From the human T2T-CHM13v2.0 reference genome, Homo sapiens: a stretch of DNA of 64,000 nucleotides. Shown piece by piece: positions 27,403 to 41,286 of this stretch (position 1 is the stretch's first letter; each line of letters opens with the position of its first letter). The notes below the pieces were generated by a model, which had not been told where the DNA came from, did not search any database, and was given only the letters and a program-made list of their open reading frames with translations. The stretch lies in NCBI RefSeq assembly GCF_009914755.1, contig NC_060945.1; one strand, given 5' to 3'. Position numbers and translations under genes: made by a program.

Positions 27403-28457
27403 CTTGGATCTTACTTGTAAGTTGCTGATTCCCTAACAGAAATAAACTTTATCTGTGCATTTTGCAGTGGTGATATCTAAAGATACATCCGTTGTGCATA
27501 TGATAACCATGAGAGAATATTGCTAGGTTTAACAATGCAAAGATTAATTTATAAACTTAGTGACTTTGTTGATTTTCTATTATAGTTTCTCTTATTCCTC
27601 AGTTTCTTTAAATACATTTTGTGAATTTTGTTTGTTGTCTAATGGTAAGCCAGTCTTTCTGAAACAGACTTTCTTGCAAACCTTTTTTACAATTACGTGT
27701 CTTTTCTTTTGGCCTAAAAGCTTTTCTACCTAAGTCTTTCTTTGTTAGATATATTGCTAATTTTGAGGAAGGAAGTGAAAGAAAATGTGGAAATCAGAAT
27801 AGACAATAAAAAGAGAGCATGTAAATTCAGCTATAGAAGTTAGCAGACATAAAATTTAAAAATATATTACCAATATAAAAAAATGACAAAATGGGGGATG
27901 TAACTATAGAATTGGAAGCTATTTTTAAAAGTACCAAATAGTATTCCTATAATTAAAAAAAAACTAATGCTTAGGAAAGTGTGTAACAAAAATGTGAGTA
28001 AAAATGAAAAGTTATAGCATACATAAAATTGGAGTCACCACAAGAGAAGAACATGAGAATGGGGCAAAAATTATATTTTAAAAAGTAATGATATAGAATT
28101 TTTCAAAACTGATTACAGACCTTGGGCCACAGGTTCAAAAACTTACAAACTTTGAACCAATTTAAATAAATTATGCACATTTACATCATAGTAAAATTAC
28201 TAAAAACCAAGAAAAAAGAAAAATCTTAAAAGCAACCAAAGGGAAATAATGAATTATTCTCAAAAGCAAAAATACCCGTTGATATCTAGCTTTTCAATGG
28301 AAATAATGAAAGACAGAAAACACTGAAATGTCTTCTTTAAGGGTTGAAAAAATATAACTAATAAATCAGAATACTATTTCCAACACGAAATATTTATTTT
28401 AAAAGGATAGCAAAGTAGACATATTTTCAGAAAAACTGAAAAGTTTTTAGCTCTCTA

Positions 28458-29079
28458 TAGTCATGCACTTTCTGTGTCAGCAATAGACCACATGTATGAT
28501 GGTGATCCATGAGATTATAATGGGATCTATGTAATGTAAAACAAAGCATTATAACCTCATGGGATCACCGTCATGCATGTGGTATCATACATGTGATATG
28601 TTTAGCTACACGAATACAGTCGTCCTTCAGTATACTCAGGATTGGTTCTAGGACCTCCACCTATACCCCTATCCCCACATTCTCAAGTCCTCCAGTGGAC
28701 CCTGCAGAACCCATATGTAGGAAAAGGAAAAGCTGGCCTTGCCTATACACGGGTTTTACATCCCGGGAAGCACTATAGTTTCAATCTGAGTTTTGCTGAA
28801 AAAAAAATATGCATATAAGTGGACCTGTCCAGTTCAAACCTATGTTGTTCAAGGGTCAATTGTGTTTACCATGGTGTTAAAATTGGCTCCAGCATTCAGT
28901 ACAATAACATGCTATACAAGTTTTTTATCCTAGGAGGAATAGGCTGTGCTGTATAACCTAGGTGTATAATAGTCTATACCACTGAAATTTGTACAAGATG
29001 CTCTGATGTTCTCACGACTATGATATCACCTAAACATACATTTCTCAGAATGTTCCCATTATTATGTGACACATGAGTG
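28458..29079 (+). mobile_element. Tigger3 (Golem)-derived element
   Basis: TA-flanked termini tagtcatgc / acatgagtg; gaccacatgtatgatggtgatccatgagattataat. Confidence 0.75.
28617..28862 (+). mobile_element. MER8 (Tigger-family MITE) nested in Tigger3
   Basis: ta|cagtcgtccttcagtata...tataagtggacctgtccagttcaaacctatgttgttcaagggtcaattg. Confidence 0.82.
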
Positions 29080-30626
29080 TATATATAAACACTGCATTCA
29101 ACAATTGCAAAATGCATTATTTTCAAGTGTACATGGAACATGTACCAAAGTAGGTCACTATATGCTGGGCCATAAAGCAATTCCCTACAAGTTTCAAAGG
29201 ATTTGATAATGAAATTAAAGAGAGTATGTTCTGACAAAAATGAAATTAAACTGGAAATAAAAACCACAAAAACAGAAATATAAGTAATAAAATTGAACTT
29301 TAAATGTTAAATATTACATTTGGAAATCATCCATATGTCAAAAAAATCACATGAAAATTAGAAAATATTTTGGACTTTCATAATGTATGTAATATTGTCA
29401 TAAAATATAATGACAATGCATAAAGTCGTCTTTGTTCTAGTAATGTGAGTGATATAAATTAAGGTAATTTACTGAATTAATAAAGGAGAAAAACATATGA
29501 TCATCTGGTTAGGTGCAGAAAAGTATTGACAAAGTCAATATCTGTCTTTTAAAAAATGTCTTGGAAAACTGGTAATAAAGGGAATTTCATTACTCTGATA
29601 AAGAACATTATGTCAGTTTGTTATTCCAGCCTAACATTATCTCAAAACTCAATGACTAAAAATACATATTTATTTCATTTTTGATACTTTGGATTGGCCC
29701 ATGTCGAATGGATTTGCAACTAACAAATAGAAAATAAAATATATAAATAAGATTTTTTAAAATAGCACCAAACATATTTAATGCCTATAAATAAATCAAA
29801 TGAAAGATGTACAAAATCTCAACAAAGAAAATTACAAGACAAATATTACTGAAAGAATAGAAAAGTGCAAACAAATGCAATGATCTACCATGTTTATGGG
29901 TAGAAAGAATTATCACTTAAACATATCAACAACGTCCCTCCCAATAGTAAATACAATACAATATCGCTCAAAATCTCTGCAAGTCTGCAAGTGTGTATGT
30001 GTGTGTGTGTGTGTGTGCGCGTGTGAATGTATATTAAAAACTGATTCAAAAATGTTTCTGGAAATTCAAGAGGCAAGAATAGCAAAGAAAATTGAGAAGA
30101 ATGAATTTGGAGAACGTACACTACCAAATATCAAGTTTCGTTATAAAACTAAAGTAAAACTGTGTGGTATTGACACAATCAAACAAATAGCATAGTGGGA
30201 AAGCAGGAGGAATACAAAATGATACATTCATAGAAACAAACACACCATTATAACAAAAGTATCAGAACAATGCAGTAATGAAAGGGTCATATTTTCAGTA
30301 TATGATGCTGGATGAATTGGGTGCCTATATGGGGAAAAATAGAACTTGAAATTTTCATTAGATGATGCTGGGTCAATTGGATATCTAAATGAAAGAAAAA
30401 TTGAATTAAATGTTTTGTCATGTCTTACACCATATTTAAAAATTATGTGTAGATGGATTGAAGATTCGAGATGAATTGAAGATCTAAATGTGAAAGGTAA
30501 AACAGTAAAGTATCCTCTCACCTTCAAATTGGGGACTGTGTTCATTGTTACAATGTGGATGAGTCGCTTTATAAATTTGACTGTGAGAAGTCAGATAGGA
30601 CAATGTATACTCTGCGATTTCATTTA

Positions 30627-31804
30627 CAGTATGTCCTTCTTAGTCTCATTGATAGATTCTTGGAAACGGAGACCATAAGCAAAGCAACATATAATAAAAC
30701 CAATATTACCATAGCCTGATTAATATAAAAAAGAGTTAAGTTCCTACAGCATATTTCTCATCTGGAAAACATCACCAAACTCCTCAATAAAGACCCAAAC
30801 ACTTCTAACATTTAACATTGAAATAAATGTGAGCTATACATCCATTTAAGAAAGGGGAAAAGGCCGGGCGCGGTGGCTCACGCCTGTAATCCCAGCACTT
30901 TGGGAGGCGGAGGCGGGCAGATCACAAGGTCAGGAGATCGAGACCATCCTGGCTAACACGGTGAAACCTCGTCTCTACTAAAAAATACAAAAAATTAGCC
31001 GGGCGTGGTGGCGGGCGCTTGTAGCCCCAGCTACTCAGGAGGCTGAGGCAGGAGGATGGCATGAACTCGGGAGGTAGAGCTTGCAGTGAGCGGAGATCAC
31101 GCCACTGCACTCCAACCTGGGCAACAGAGCGAGACTCCGTCTCAGAAAAAAAGAAAGAAAAAAAAAAGGGGAAGAAAAACAAGTAAGATAATTACTAGCC
31201 CAATTTTTGGTGGGTCATTGAGTGATGGCAGTCATAGTAGTGGTGGGTTATGTTAAGGAATAAATGTTTGCAAAGTGAAAATTCTAAGGAGCACTCCCTA
31301 CCTCCACGCAGTTCAAAAACAAGCATTAACACATATGGCAGACTTGCTGAGTGCTTTCAGACCACATCATTGATTGTTATGCATTTGTATGGTAATAGTA
31401 TAAACATTTTTATTTTGCAATAATTTGTATGCATTCATTCATTCATTCATTCATTCATTCATTCCTTTTTCAACCTGCTTATTCCAAGGTCTCGGGTGAC
31501 AAGAGCCTATTCTTGCAGCTCAGGAACAAGGCACAAACTAACACTGGACAGGACGTCATTCCAACATAGGTCACACTCAAACACACACCCACACTCACTC
31601 AGACTGCGACAATTTAGACAGGCCAATTCACCTAATGTGTGGATCTTTGTGATGTGGAAGAACCCAGGGTACCCAGAGAAAACCCACACAGACATGGGGA
31701 GAACATGCAAACTCCACACAGAGTGGCCCCAGGAATCATTTTTTCCTCATCAGTGTTACAAGGAAACAATGTTGAATGAAACAACTTTATTCGAGAACCT
31801 GCTA
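30627..31804 (-). mobile_element. MER6 (TcMar-Tigger) interrupted by AluY
   Basis: ggtacccagagaaaacccacacagacatggggagaacatgcaaactccacacaga...ttattcgagaacctgct is the antisense MER6 5' end. Confidence 0.85.
30862..31167 (+). mobile_element. AluY
   Basis: CpG-rich; gagatcgagaccatcctggctaacacggtg; gagcttgcagtgagc. Confidence 0.95.
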
Positions 31805-33100
31805 TATACAGAGATTCCCCCATAAAGTAAAATGAATCAGTGATGCTGGAAGTCACACAGTAGCTACCTTGGAGGGCTAATTATGTGAATTTGTATGAGG
31901 TGTCTTCTGTAGTGCTGGTTGTGTCTGTAATGTCGTTTACAATAGCCTAAAAAAGCTACCAATGCCCATGAATAAATTGAATAAAATATGTGAAAAGCTT
32001 CTCCATGGAGAACTACAATATTAAAAAACTAGAAAAATGAAAAAAGAATGCATGGATAAGTGACGTGCCATTTTCATGAGCTGGAAGACGCATTTCTGTA
32101 CATATGGCATCTGTACCCTTAAAATAATAAATGCAAAGCAATCACAGTCAAGGGATGCCATCTTATATTTCAACATAAAGCGTATGTACTTTGTGCTTCA
32201 ATAAAAATGGCACAAACAAGAAATAAAACACAAAATGAATTGTAATTACTTAGAAAAAAAGAAATATGTTGTTGTTGTAGCATATTCTTGTTCTTTCATG
32301 GTTTGGATGATGAGAATGTAAGACTGTCTAAATAATATGGTGCTAATACATTCCATTGCTCATGTCAAATTTCTCACCTTCTCATATGGCATGAGTGCAC
32401 ACACATTTCGGACCTTTATATCTATGACATTTTGGGAAATGGCTTTACCATGCCACAGCAATATTTTACAAGTGAACTTGATTTGGAAAGAATCACTGGC
32501 CTGAAATGTATTTGTTCTCTATTAGAACTGTTGGCAATCTTCTCAGTGACAGTACATCACAATCATATCCACGTGCATCAGTGTTCTGATGCCCATTGTA
32601 ACGTACTTCACTATCACATGAGACAGGGCATAAAGGAAAGTTGGAATCAAAGTACTGTGTTCTACTTTTTTATTTCCAGTTAAAATCTGTGACCGAGCAT
32701 AGCACATAGCAGGTCCAGTAATTTATGAATGTAAAATTATTAAAGAAGAGAAAAGCTATCCTACTTGTGTAATAATTTAATAGTTTGTTATAAGGCTGCA
32801 CAGTATTTTATGACATTACTGAACAGATGATTTGTGAGTCTTTAGAGATAAATGAATCTGGCTTCTACTTGACACAGATTTCCCCTGACATGTGGCTTTC
32901 TAAATGCTGTTTGAACACCTCTAGAAATGGAAAATCCATTATGGAGCAGTTTATTAAATTTTATAGATTTCTTTTAAATTATTAGAAGACTTTTATGCTA
33001 ATCTAAAGTATCTCTTCTTGTGATTGATCTTTTAAACAATTCTTTCTTTTGGTGCACACAGAATAAAAGTTTAATTTCAGGCTATATGTCACATACTCAC

Positions 33101-33408
<308 letters not shown>

Positions 33409-33807
33409 TAGTCACATATATTTTTATATTGTTTATGATATTTTTTGGTCTTTTAGATAAAATCGAGCTGAAATTCATATATTTTGAGCTAGGTAACATA
33501 GTGTGTTCAATGTACTGAGTTCAATAAAAATAAACTTGTATTTTGATTTTTCATAAATAAATCGATAATCGATTTCTATTCTAGACCTTCTTTACATATG
33601 TCTTCTTTATCCAAAAGTGTGGGATCATCAACTCAGTTACTAAAGCCAGAAATTCTTGACTCCTCTTCCTCGAACTCTCCACATTGAACTTATCAGCAGA
33701 TTCTGCAGGTTGTACCTAACAGGTCTATCTGACCTCACTTTTGATCTCTCTATTCCATTTTTCAGACAGAACTAGCAGTCTTTTAAAGTTAAAAAATCAT
33801 GATATTT

Positions 33808-34374
33808 TGTAGTACGCAGCCTTCTAAGGCAGACCACAGCAATCTCCATCTCCTGATAGTCATGTTATTGTGCAATTCTCTTCTCCTGAAAGTTTCATAG
33901 ATATATTGACATCTAATGCATAGAATATGGATACCATTTCTGAGCTTATGTTGCAAAAGACTGTTACTTCAGTCTTGTTTGCTCTGTTTCTTTCTGGCTC
34001 TTCTCCATTACTCCCTCTGATGAGGGAAGCTGCCATGCTGCACATTGCCTTATGGAGAGGTACATGCAGCAAGGAACTGAGGATGGCACCCAGCCAACAG
34101 CCAGTGAGGACCTGAGGCCCTCTGTTCAACAGTCTACAAAGTGCTGAATCCTGCCAACAACCACGTAAGTGATCGTGGAAATGGATCTCAAGTCACGCCT
34201 TTAGATACCTATATTCCCAGCCAACACATTGCAGTCTTCTGAAAGACCCTGAGCCAGGGGTTCTCAGTAAGCTGCAACTAGATTCCTGAACTATAAAAAA
34301 CATAAGATGTTAAATGTTGTCTTAAGCCTCTAATTTTGTAGTCATTTTGGACACAGAAATAGATAACCAATGCA
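33808..34374 (+). mobile_element. MLT1F/G-type MaLR LTR inserted in an L2 remnant
   Basis: gcaaggaactgagg...ccagccaacagccagtgaggacctgaggccc...gctgaatcctgccaacaaccac...aatagataaccaatgca. Confidence 0.8.
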
Positions 34375-34589
34375 TACTCCTTTGCATTAGTAAAAAATAC
34401 AATACAGTACAAAAATCCCTTTGGTTAACAATGCAATCAGTAGCCCACTACCTACTGATCCATCCTCCCCTTGTGCTTCTCCATTGCCTACAATGCTCTG
34501 GTCAGACTAGGCTTCTTTTAGTTCTTGGAGCAAGTAAAGTTCTTGGCCACTTAAGGCTTTTGTTCATGTTGATGTCTCTACTGGTGTGC

Positions 34590-35172
34590 TTTAAAAAAGT
34601 ATTTTATTCATACACAATTTTACATATTACATATTTACGGCATACATGTGATATTTTGATACATGCATACAATCTGTAATGTTCAAATCAGGGTATTTAA
34701 GATATTTATCACCTTGAACATTTATCATTTTTTTGTTGAGAACATTTCAAAATTTCTATATACTTTGAAATATACAATATTTTGTTGTTAACTGTAGTCA
34801 TCCTCTGGGCTATCAAACATTAGAACTTATTTCTTCTATGTAACTGCATTTTTATACCTATTAACCAACCTGTCTTCATTCCTCCTCTCCAGTCTTCTTT
34901 GGTATTAGTAGAGAGCAGAATGATAGTTACCAGAGACTATCATTCTACCATTCTCTCATTCTTCCATGAAATCTATGTTTTTAGCTCCCACATAGTAAGA
35001 ATATGTGATACTTGTCTTCCTGTGTCTGGCTTATTTCACTTACCGTAATAATCTTCAGTTCCATCCGTGTTGCTGCGAACAACAGGATTACATTCTTTTC
35101 TATGGCTGAATAGTATTCCCTTGTGTATATATCTGTTTATCCTTTTATTCATTGATGGACACTTAGGCTGAT
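34590..35172 (-). mobile_element. L1MA 3' end fragment
   Basis: catacatgtgatattttgatacatgcatacaat...ggcttatttcactta...attgatggacacttaggctgatt. Confidence 0.82.
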
Positions 35173-37100
35173 TTTCTCTCTTCTCATGGCTGGCTTCTCA
35201 TCACCCTTTGGTCCTCCTGTATCCTCTATGTAATAAAGCTCTTCCCCAATATCTCGATAGATACTTTAGTCCTTTGTTATGTTCAGAGCACTTTTCTAGC
35301 TTGATATAATTTCAATTATGAGGCTTTTTCCTTTTTTCTTGTTCTGCTGAAAAGAAACTCTGAGGCCTGGTCCAGCCAGGATTCCAGCCAAGGTCTTGGG
35401 CACCTGAAGCCCTGTATTCCCTCTGTGCCATGGCTGCTGACAACATTGGATTGTCCTTGTTTGTAATACTCTGTAAATTAATGCATTTGTTATCAGATTT
35501 TCATTGTAGTATTAGAGGATGCAACCTGAATATTTAAAAAGTTTCAATAGTATTTAGAATAACAATCAATAAAGAGTTACAACAAAGACCCAAGTCAAAA
35601 TCAGTGCCATATGCTAGCCCTTTCATTCTCATTATGGAACTTAGTTCTGTTCATATATATTTGTAGAGTTTTTTTTCCGTCTAAGATTACATTATGAAGA
35701 GATAATTGAGACAGTTTTATTTTTTGTAATCCAAAATGTACCTTACAATTAAAATTTAAAAATTGCTCAGAATATTAAATTGGATTCTTAGCTGATAAAT
35801 GAATACAGCATATTTTTCTCCTTCATCAGCCATCATGTCCAGCCTGTGGGACACTTGAAGCCATTTAAAATGCATTGGTATGAACTTTTAGAAAATGTTT
35901 TCATAGTTGTATATTAAGGGGAGAGTCATCTGAGATGAATAAATATTGAGAAAAGTATCAGGGAGTAGATGTATTTTAGTACTATACTACCCCTTTTTTA
36001 AAACAGTTGTGAAAACCTCTCGGACTAAGTAAATGTCATATCAATAACATTAACATCCCTGGAATATTTTCATAGAGGAACTCACAGAAATCCTTGGAAA
36101 TAGATGGATGCATTGGTCTCCGTTTCGATGACACTGACTAGCATTAAGGATAAGATTCTATCACTTAAGAATTTACTATATTGAGTATCTAAGAGCCCAT
36201 TGCCACTTTCAGTGTGATTTATCAGCATGATTCAAACTATATAAAATGAATTCATTCTTCAGTTGGTCAATTTTATTTGCCCGATTTATTGAATGGTTCC
36301 ACCAACTACGAGGAAGGACAGTCAGTTCTTTCTTCTTTTTGAAAATATCTGAGCTTTCCCTTTCTCCTTCCTTCTGCTGCTTGCCTCAGGGCCATTTCAT
36401 GCTGAAAAGCTTTGGATTGATTTCTGTGCTCACTGGTGCTTCCATTTACCATCTGTTGGCTGAAGCATTTTTATATTTAGAAACAGAGGAAGGATAGCCC
36501 GTGATAAATTGGAGAGGTTTGAATATATAGCAACTATCAAACATTTTATATGAACAAATAGTTATTCCTAATACATGGAGAGTTGTAATAAGACGTGAGA
36601 TTTTAAGATCATGGGATAGCTGAAAAAGCACTGAAGCAAAGGGAAAACCAATGACTCAAAGAATGTGTAAAGAATGTTAGCATACACTGGAGTTTTTAAA
36701 ACTAGAGTTTTTTTTTAAAAAAAAACTTTACTGATCATCTTAAAAACTGTTAACTTGTCAAAAAGTTTATTATTGGTGGAGGCAAATGTGTGCATTAAAC
36801 CTGACTGAAAAATATTGTAACCCTGTCTCGTGTCTTGATCAGTTTATTGCTGCCTTGAGAGCATGAAGAGCTTCTTAGTGGAGTATTAAAATTCACCTGT
36901 ATTAAGAGAAGGCAATAAAATGTTTTAATTTAATTGTGTAAATGCTTTGTAATTCATGAGTTGTGTAGATTAATCCTTTTAAAAGCATATTGGAAAGTAA
37001 GCATCTTAGAATAATGTGAAGGTATCATTCTGGGGTCCGAACAACTCCAAAAGAAGAACTTGTAGCATCTTTTGTTATTTAAGTTACTCTCTGAGGTTTT

Positions 37101-37150
37101 CACACATACACACACACACACACTCTCTCTCTCTCTCACACACACACACA
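37101..37150. repeat. Compound (CA)n(CT)n(CA)n microsatellite
   Basis: Read directly from the sequence. Confidence 0.92.
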
Positions 37151-38702
37151 TTTGAACAACCAGTGAAAAGCTCATTCATTATTCTGTCTGTCTGGATTTT
37201 TTTGGCATTCTCTTTCCCTTAGACTCCCCTCGCTTCTTCCGATGTTTCACCTTATTTTTCTGCGCTTCCCTTCTGGTTGTCCTGTGATTCTGTGCACCTC
37301 CTTTTGGTGGACTCTGGCCAATGTCAACCATTGTTCCCATGATGTTTACTACCTCAGTTAAATCAAGCTGCAGCTGAGCTCTGCTTCCAAGATTTCTTTT
37401 CCCATAGCAGTAACTGCTCCCACAAAGATTACATTTACCTAATATGTCAGCATCTGGAAAATCTGTGGAGGTTACAGCTTATGATCCACAGTTAGAGCTC
37501 TGACATCAGCAAGTGCATGAGGCAGTGAAGAGGAAGGAACTCAGGACATCAAAAACAATACCCATGGGAAGCATTTGACCCACCCTGTCTCTGTGTCCCC
37601 TAAAGGGATTCAGAAAAAAAAAATTCCTTAAGATTTAATCTTTAGAAGAGGAGGATCAGAATAGAATTATGAGAATTTAGAACCAAAGAGGACCTTAGAG
37701 ATTATATGATTTATATGCTCCTTATCCTAGTTTAATGATGAGAACGCGGATAATGAAGACAAGAACAAACAAACTTGGCAACTTTTAATTTTCTGGATTT
37801 TTTATATAGACACAATTTGAAACTTGAATAAAGTTAGTTTTTTGTTTACTGACCACTGCACTTATAAACTGGAAAAACTGTGTGTGTGTTTGTGTGTGTG
37901 TGATTGTGTATACGTGTGTGGTATATATACAAATATTTTTGTTAGCATAGATTTTGAAAATCTTTATCTACTTATGTAGCAAAATTAAGATTGTTTTTGT
38001 AGGCTTGACTATAGAATAATAGACATATTATCATGCAATTTGTTCATAAGATTAATACATAACCATACAAGAATATATTATGCTGTAACTCATAGTTGAC
38101 ATAGATTTACATTGTATAGGTACTTAATGATATAGTTATGAATTTAGCTTTGCAATATTCTTAGACATTTGGAAGCCAATACATATTCTCTACCCCAGGT
38201 CTCAAGCATTGTTATATGCCCTCAGAAAATCAGGGTGCTTAGGCAGTGTGATTGTATTGCCTAGTAAGTAAAATAGTCTTGAATGTAATATATTGGAAAG
38301 AGATCTGAACTAAGAAAGAGAATTGATTTCATGTTTGCCACCAACTAAATATATGTCCTCTGGAAGGCCACTTTTCCTATGTGGACCTCATCTGAAAAAT
38401 AACAGAATTAAACCAATCATCTTTATATCAATTCCAACTCTAAGATACTAAGAGACTATTTTGAAAGAAAAAAAAAAAAAAAGGATATTCCAGTCTCATT
38501 TTTCAACGGACAAGCTTGCTTAGTCAACTCGAACTAAACAGAATATTGAATTGAAATAGGATTTGCAGTTTCTACTATATATCTCTTTTTAAAAATTAGT
38601 GAGTTTTAAGGCTCAGATAAAAATATCATAAACTCCCTTTAAGAACATCTAGTTTTCATTTATTTTGAGATTTTCTAATATGATTGATAAATATCTTGCG
38701 AT

Positions 38703-39152
38703 ATAGACATATACTATGTATATATACACGCACACACATATGTGCATGTATATATATACACACACGTGTTTTTGTATATATATGTATAGTATATGTATAC
38801 ATCTTGAGATACATATGCTATACATCTTGAGATACATGCATATACTATACATCTTGAGATATATACATATACTATACATATATACACACACGTGTATATA
38901 TACACGCACATGTGTATATATGTATATACACATGTGTGTGTATATGTGTATAGTATATATACACACGTGTGTATATATATATGTATAGTATATGTATATA
39001 TCTCAAGATATATATCTTGAGATATATACATATACTATACATATATATATACACACATATGTGTGAATTAGGCTGTCATTTCATTGTACTTTTATTTTTA
39101 TTTTGTACTATGGTTGATAAATATCTTGAGATATATATATTATATATATATA
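38703..39152. repeat. AT-rich low-complexity array with recurring atcttgagata unit; includes a perfect 90-bp palindrome at 38967-39056
   Basis: Base-by-base self-complementarity centred on 39011/39012; ORFs 38969(+) and 38872-39054(-) begin with the same peptide. Confidence 0.92.
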
Positions 39153-39249
39153 TGAACTTAGGCAGTCATCTCATTATTGTACTTTTATTTTTTTTTGTGC
39201 TATCTACTTTTATTTTTTTTCTTTACAAAAGTTTAAAATGTGCATAGTA

Positions 39250-40931
39250 TCTGGATAAAAGCCACTGTAAGTTCTATTTTCCCTGAGAAAGGGACTGCCC
39301 AACTACCCCTATAAATGCCAAGTAGAGCACCCCATATTAGCAGCTGATATGCTTCCTATGCAAGCCTTGGGGGCCTGGCTATATGATGACAGGGGTTTTC
39401 ACCTGGGGAATACGCCTGTTATATATAACATATTAAAAGTAGATAGTTTTTAAAAGGCCCTGATATGGGATGGAACATGGAGTGTTCCCAACACTAACAG
39501 CAGCCCAGGAAGAGAGGTAGTCAGCAGGGAGATGTGTGAAGGAGGGGTTTGGGAAAGAAGACTGGACCCAGGCAGTCTTAAAAGACATGATATAGATTTA
39601 TCAACTTAAATTAACAATAATGAAATGACTGCCTGAGTTCTAATATCTCTACATATCTCTCAAGATATTTATCAATCATATTAGAAAGTCTCAAAATAAG
39701 TGAAAACTAGATGTTCTTAAAGGTAGTTTATGATATTTTTACTGGGGCAATGTTGAGATAAGTTAATCAAAATAAAGATCAACAAAGGACCTTCTTCCTT
39801 TAGCTCAACCCCTGGTAAGAACCCAAATTCTTTTTCACCAGAGAGGGTAAAATGGTTTGGGGGTAGAAAAAAAAAGATTCCTGGGACCAGAACATAAAAT
39901 ATAAAAGTTGATAGGATTATGAAAGTTAACATATTTAAACACACTTTGTATAAAGTAGTTGTATCTCCATCACCTAAATGTTTTCTGGGAATAAATATTG
40001 TATATGATTAGAGGATGTTCCCCCTAGGGCATGGTAAGCGCTGTAGTTAAGGGGGCCTCTAGCAGGCACCTGTTACTTAGGTCACGGCAAGTGCTATGGT
40101 TAAGGGGGCCTCTTCTATGTGGGCACCCCATGTTGTGATGTTCCCTTGGAGGAGCCTTATCAAATTTGGTGTCTCAGCTTTTCCTCATGGGTCTTATAGA
40201 TGCTAATAAAACATTAAGTTAGTTAAAAAAACAAATGGAGACAAAATGGAGAGTCAAAGGATTCATCCCAGGGAGGTGAAAATCTTTAAATGGTTATTTT
40301 TTTAAATAAGGTAAATGAAAAAGAACACATTGAGAGGGATAAAACTAAAACGTTAAAAAAAAGGGGGGAGGGAAGTCATGGGACTCATCTCAGAAGGGTA
40401 GAAAATCTTTACTTGGTTACTAGGAAACCGAATGAATGAAAGGAAAATTGATGGGATTAAAACAAAAGTCTTAATACAACACTACTTAAGGTTGGGTGGA
40501 CCAAAGAGGGTCCTTGCTGGTCCCCCAACATTAAAAGCGTACAAGCCAGTTTTCTCTATTTACTTCTGATTAGAAGAAGTTCTTAATAATAATCAGAAGG
40601 CAAAGACTGGAATGAGAAAGCTGACCAACAATTGCTTGGGGCAATGTTGAGATAAGTTCATCAAAATAAAGATCAACAAAAGGACCTTCTTTGTTTGGCT
40701 CAACCCCCCTGGTCAGATCCCAAATTCTTTTTCGCCGGAGGGGATAAAATGGTTTGGGGGTAGAAAAATTTAAAAAAAGATTCCTGAGACCAGAACATAA
40801 AATGTAAATGTTGATAGGATTATGAAAATTAAAATATTGAAACATGCTTTGTATAAAGTAGTTGCGTCTCCATCACCTAAATGTTTTCCAGGAATAAATA
40901 CTGTATCTGACTGAGGGATGTTCTCCATAGG
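39250..40931 (+). mobile_element. Rearranged internal fragment (gag/protease) of an old ERV-L-class retrovirus, family not assigned
   Basis: Manual translations KIFTWLLGNRMNERKIDGIKTKVLIQHY (~40405) and VVVSPSPKCFLGINIVYD (~39955) resemble HERV-L gag LWHWLINHSVPGSEIYRKPTAFLLNLY and protease VISPVAECIIGIDILSSW found in this same window. Confidence 0.6.
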
Positions 40932-41286
40932 AAGGCCCATAAATCTACCCTCCCAGCAACTTTCTTTTCTTGAGGCTTTATGTATTATTGTGTTTCTTTC
41001 ATTTTTTGAACTTATATTTACAAGTGGGAGTGACGTGCCACAAAACGATTGCAAACTCTGTTCACGGGTGGATTTTCCTAGAAGGTGATCTGGATTGGCT
41101 GTCCTGCTAGGGAACCCCAAGGAGCCTGTTAAACTAGTTGGTTTCTTCAAAGAGAAATTTTTTCATTTCCTTTATACAAGTTATAATTCTAGTTGCCAAT
41201 TGGTAGATCTGTGTGTAAAGAGATCTAGTGTGGTCTTGCCATTCCCTGTGTAGACTTTAATTGTTCTCAGTATGTCAACTTACTCT

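Larger units (their letters stand above)
27770..30560 (+). mobile_element. Ancient L1M ORF1/ORF2 remnant hosting nested insertions
   Basis: Degenerate L1 motifs (aatcttaaaagcaacca; ggagaaaaacatatgatcatc; aaactgtgtggtattg). Confidence 0.65.

Noticed and set aside
30290-30490. ~60-bp and ~18-bp degenerate tandem duplications in the old L1; similar short ones at 4955-4991, 5510-5533 and 50346-50365
   Set aside because: Ordinary slippage duplications.
38649-39247. Cluster of overlapping Y/I/C/H-rich ORFs and recurring atcttgagata units as a CRISPR-like array
   Set aside because: The ORFs result from stop-poor TA/CA repeats. The spacers are low-complexity rather than unique, there are no cas genes, and the context is eukaryotic.
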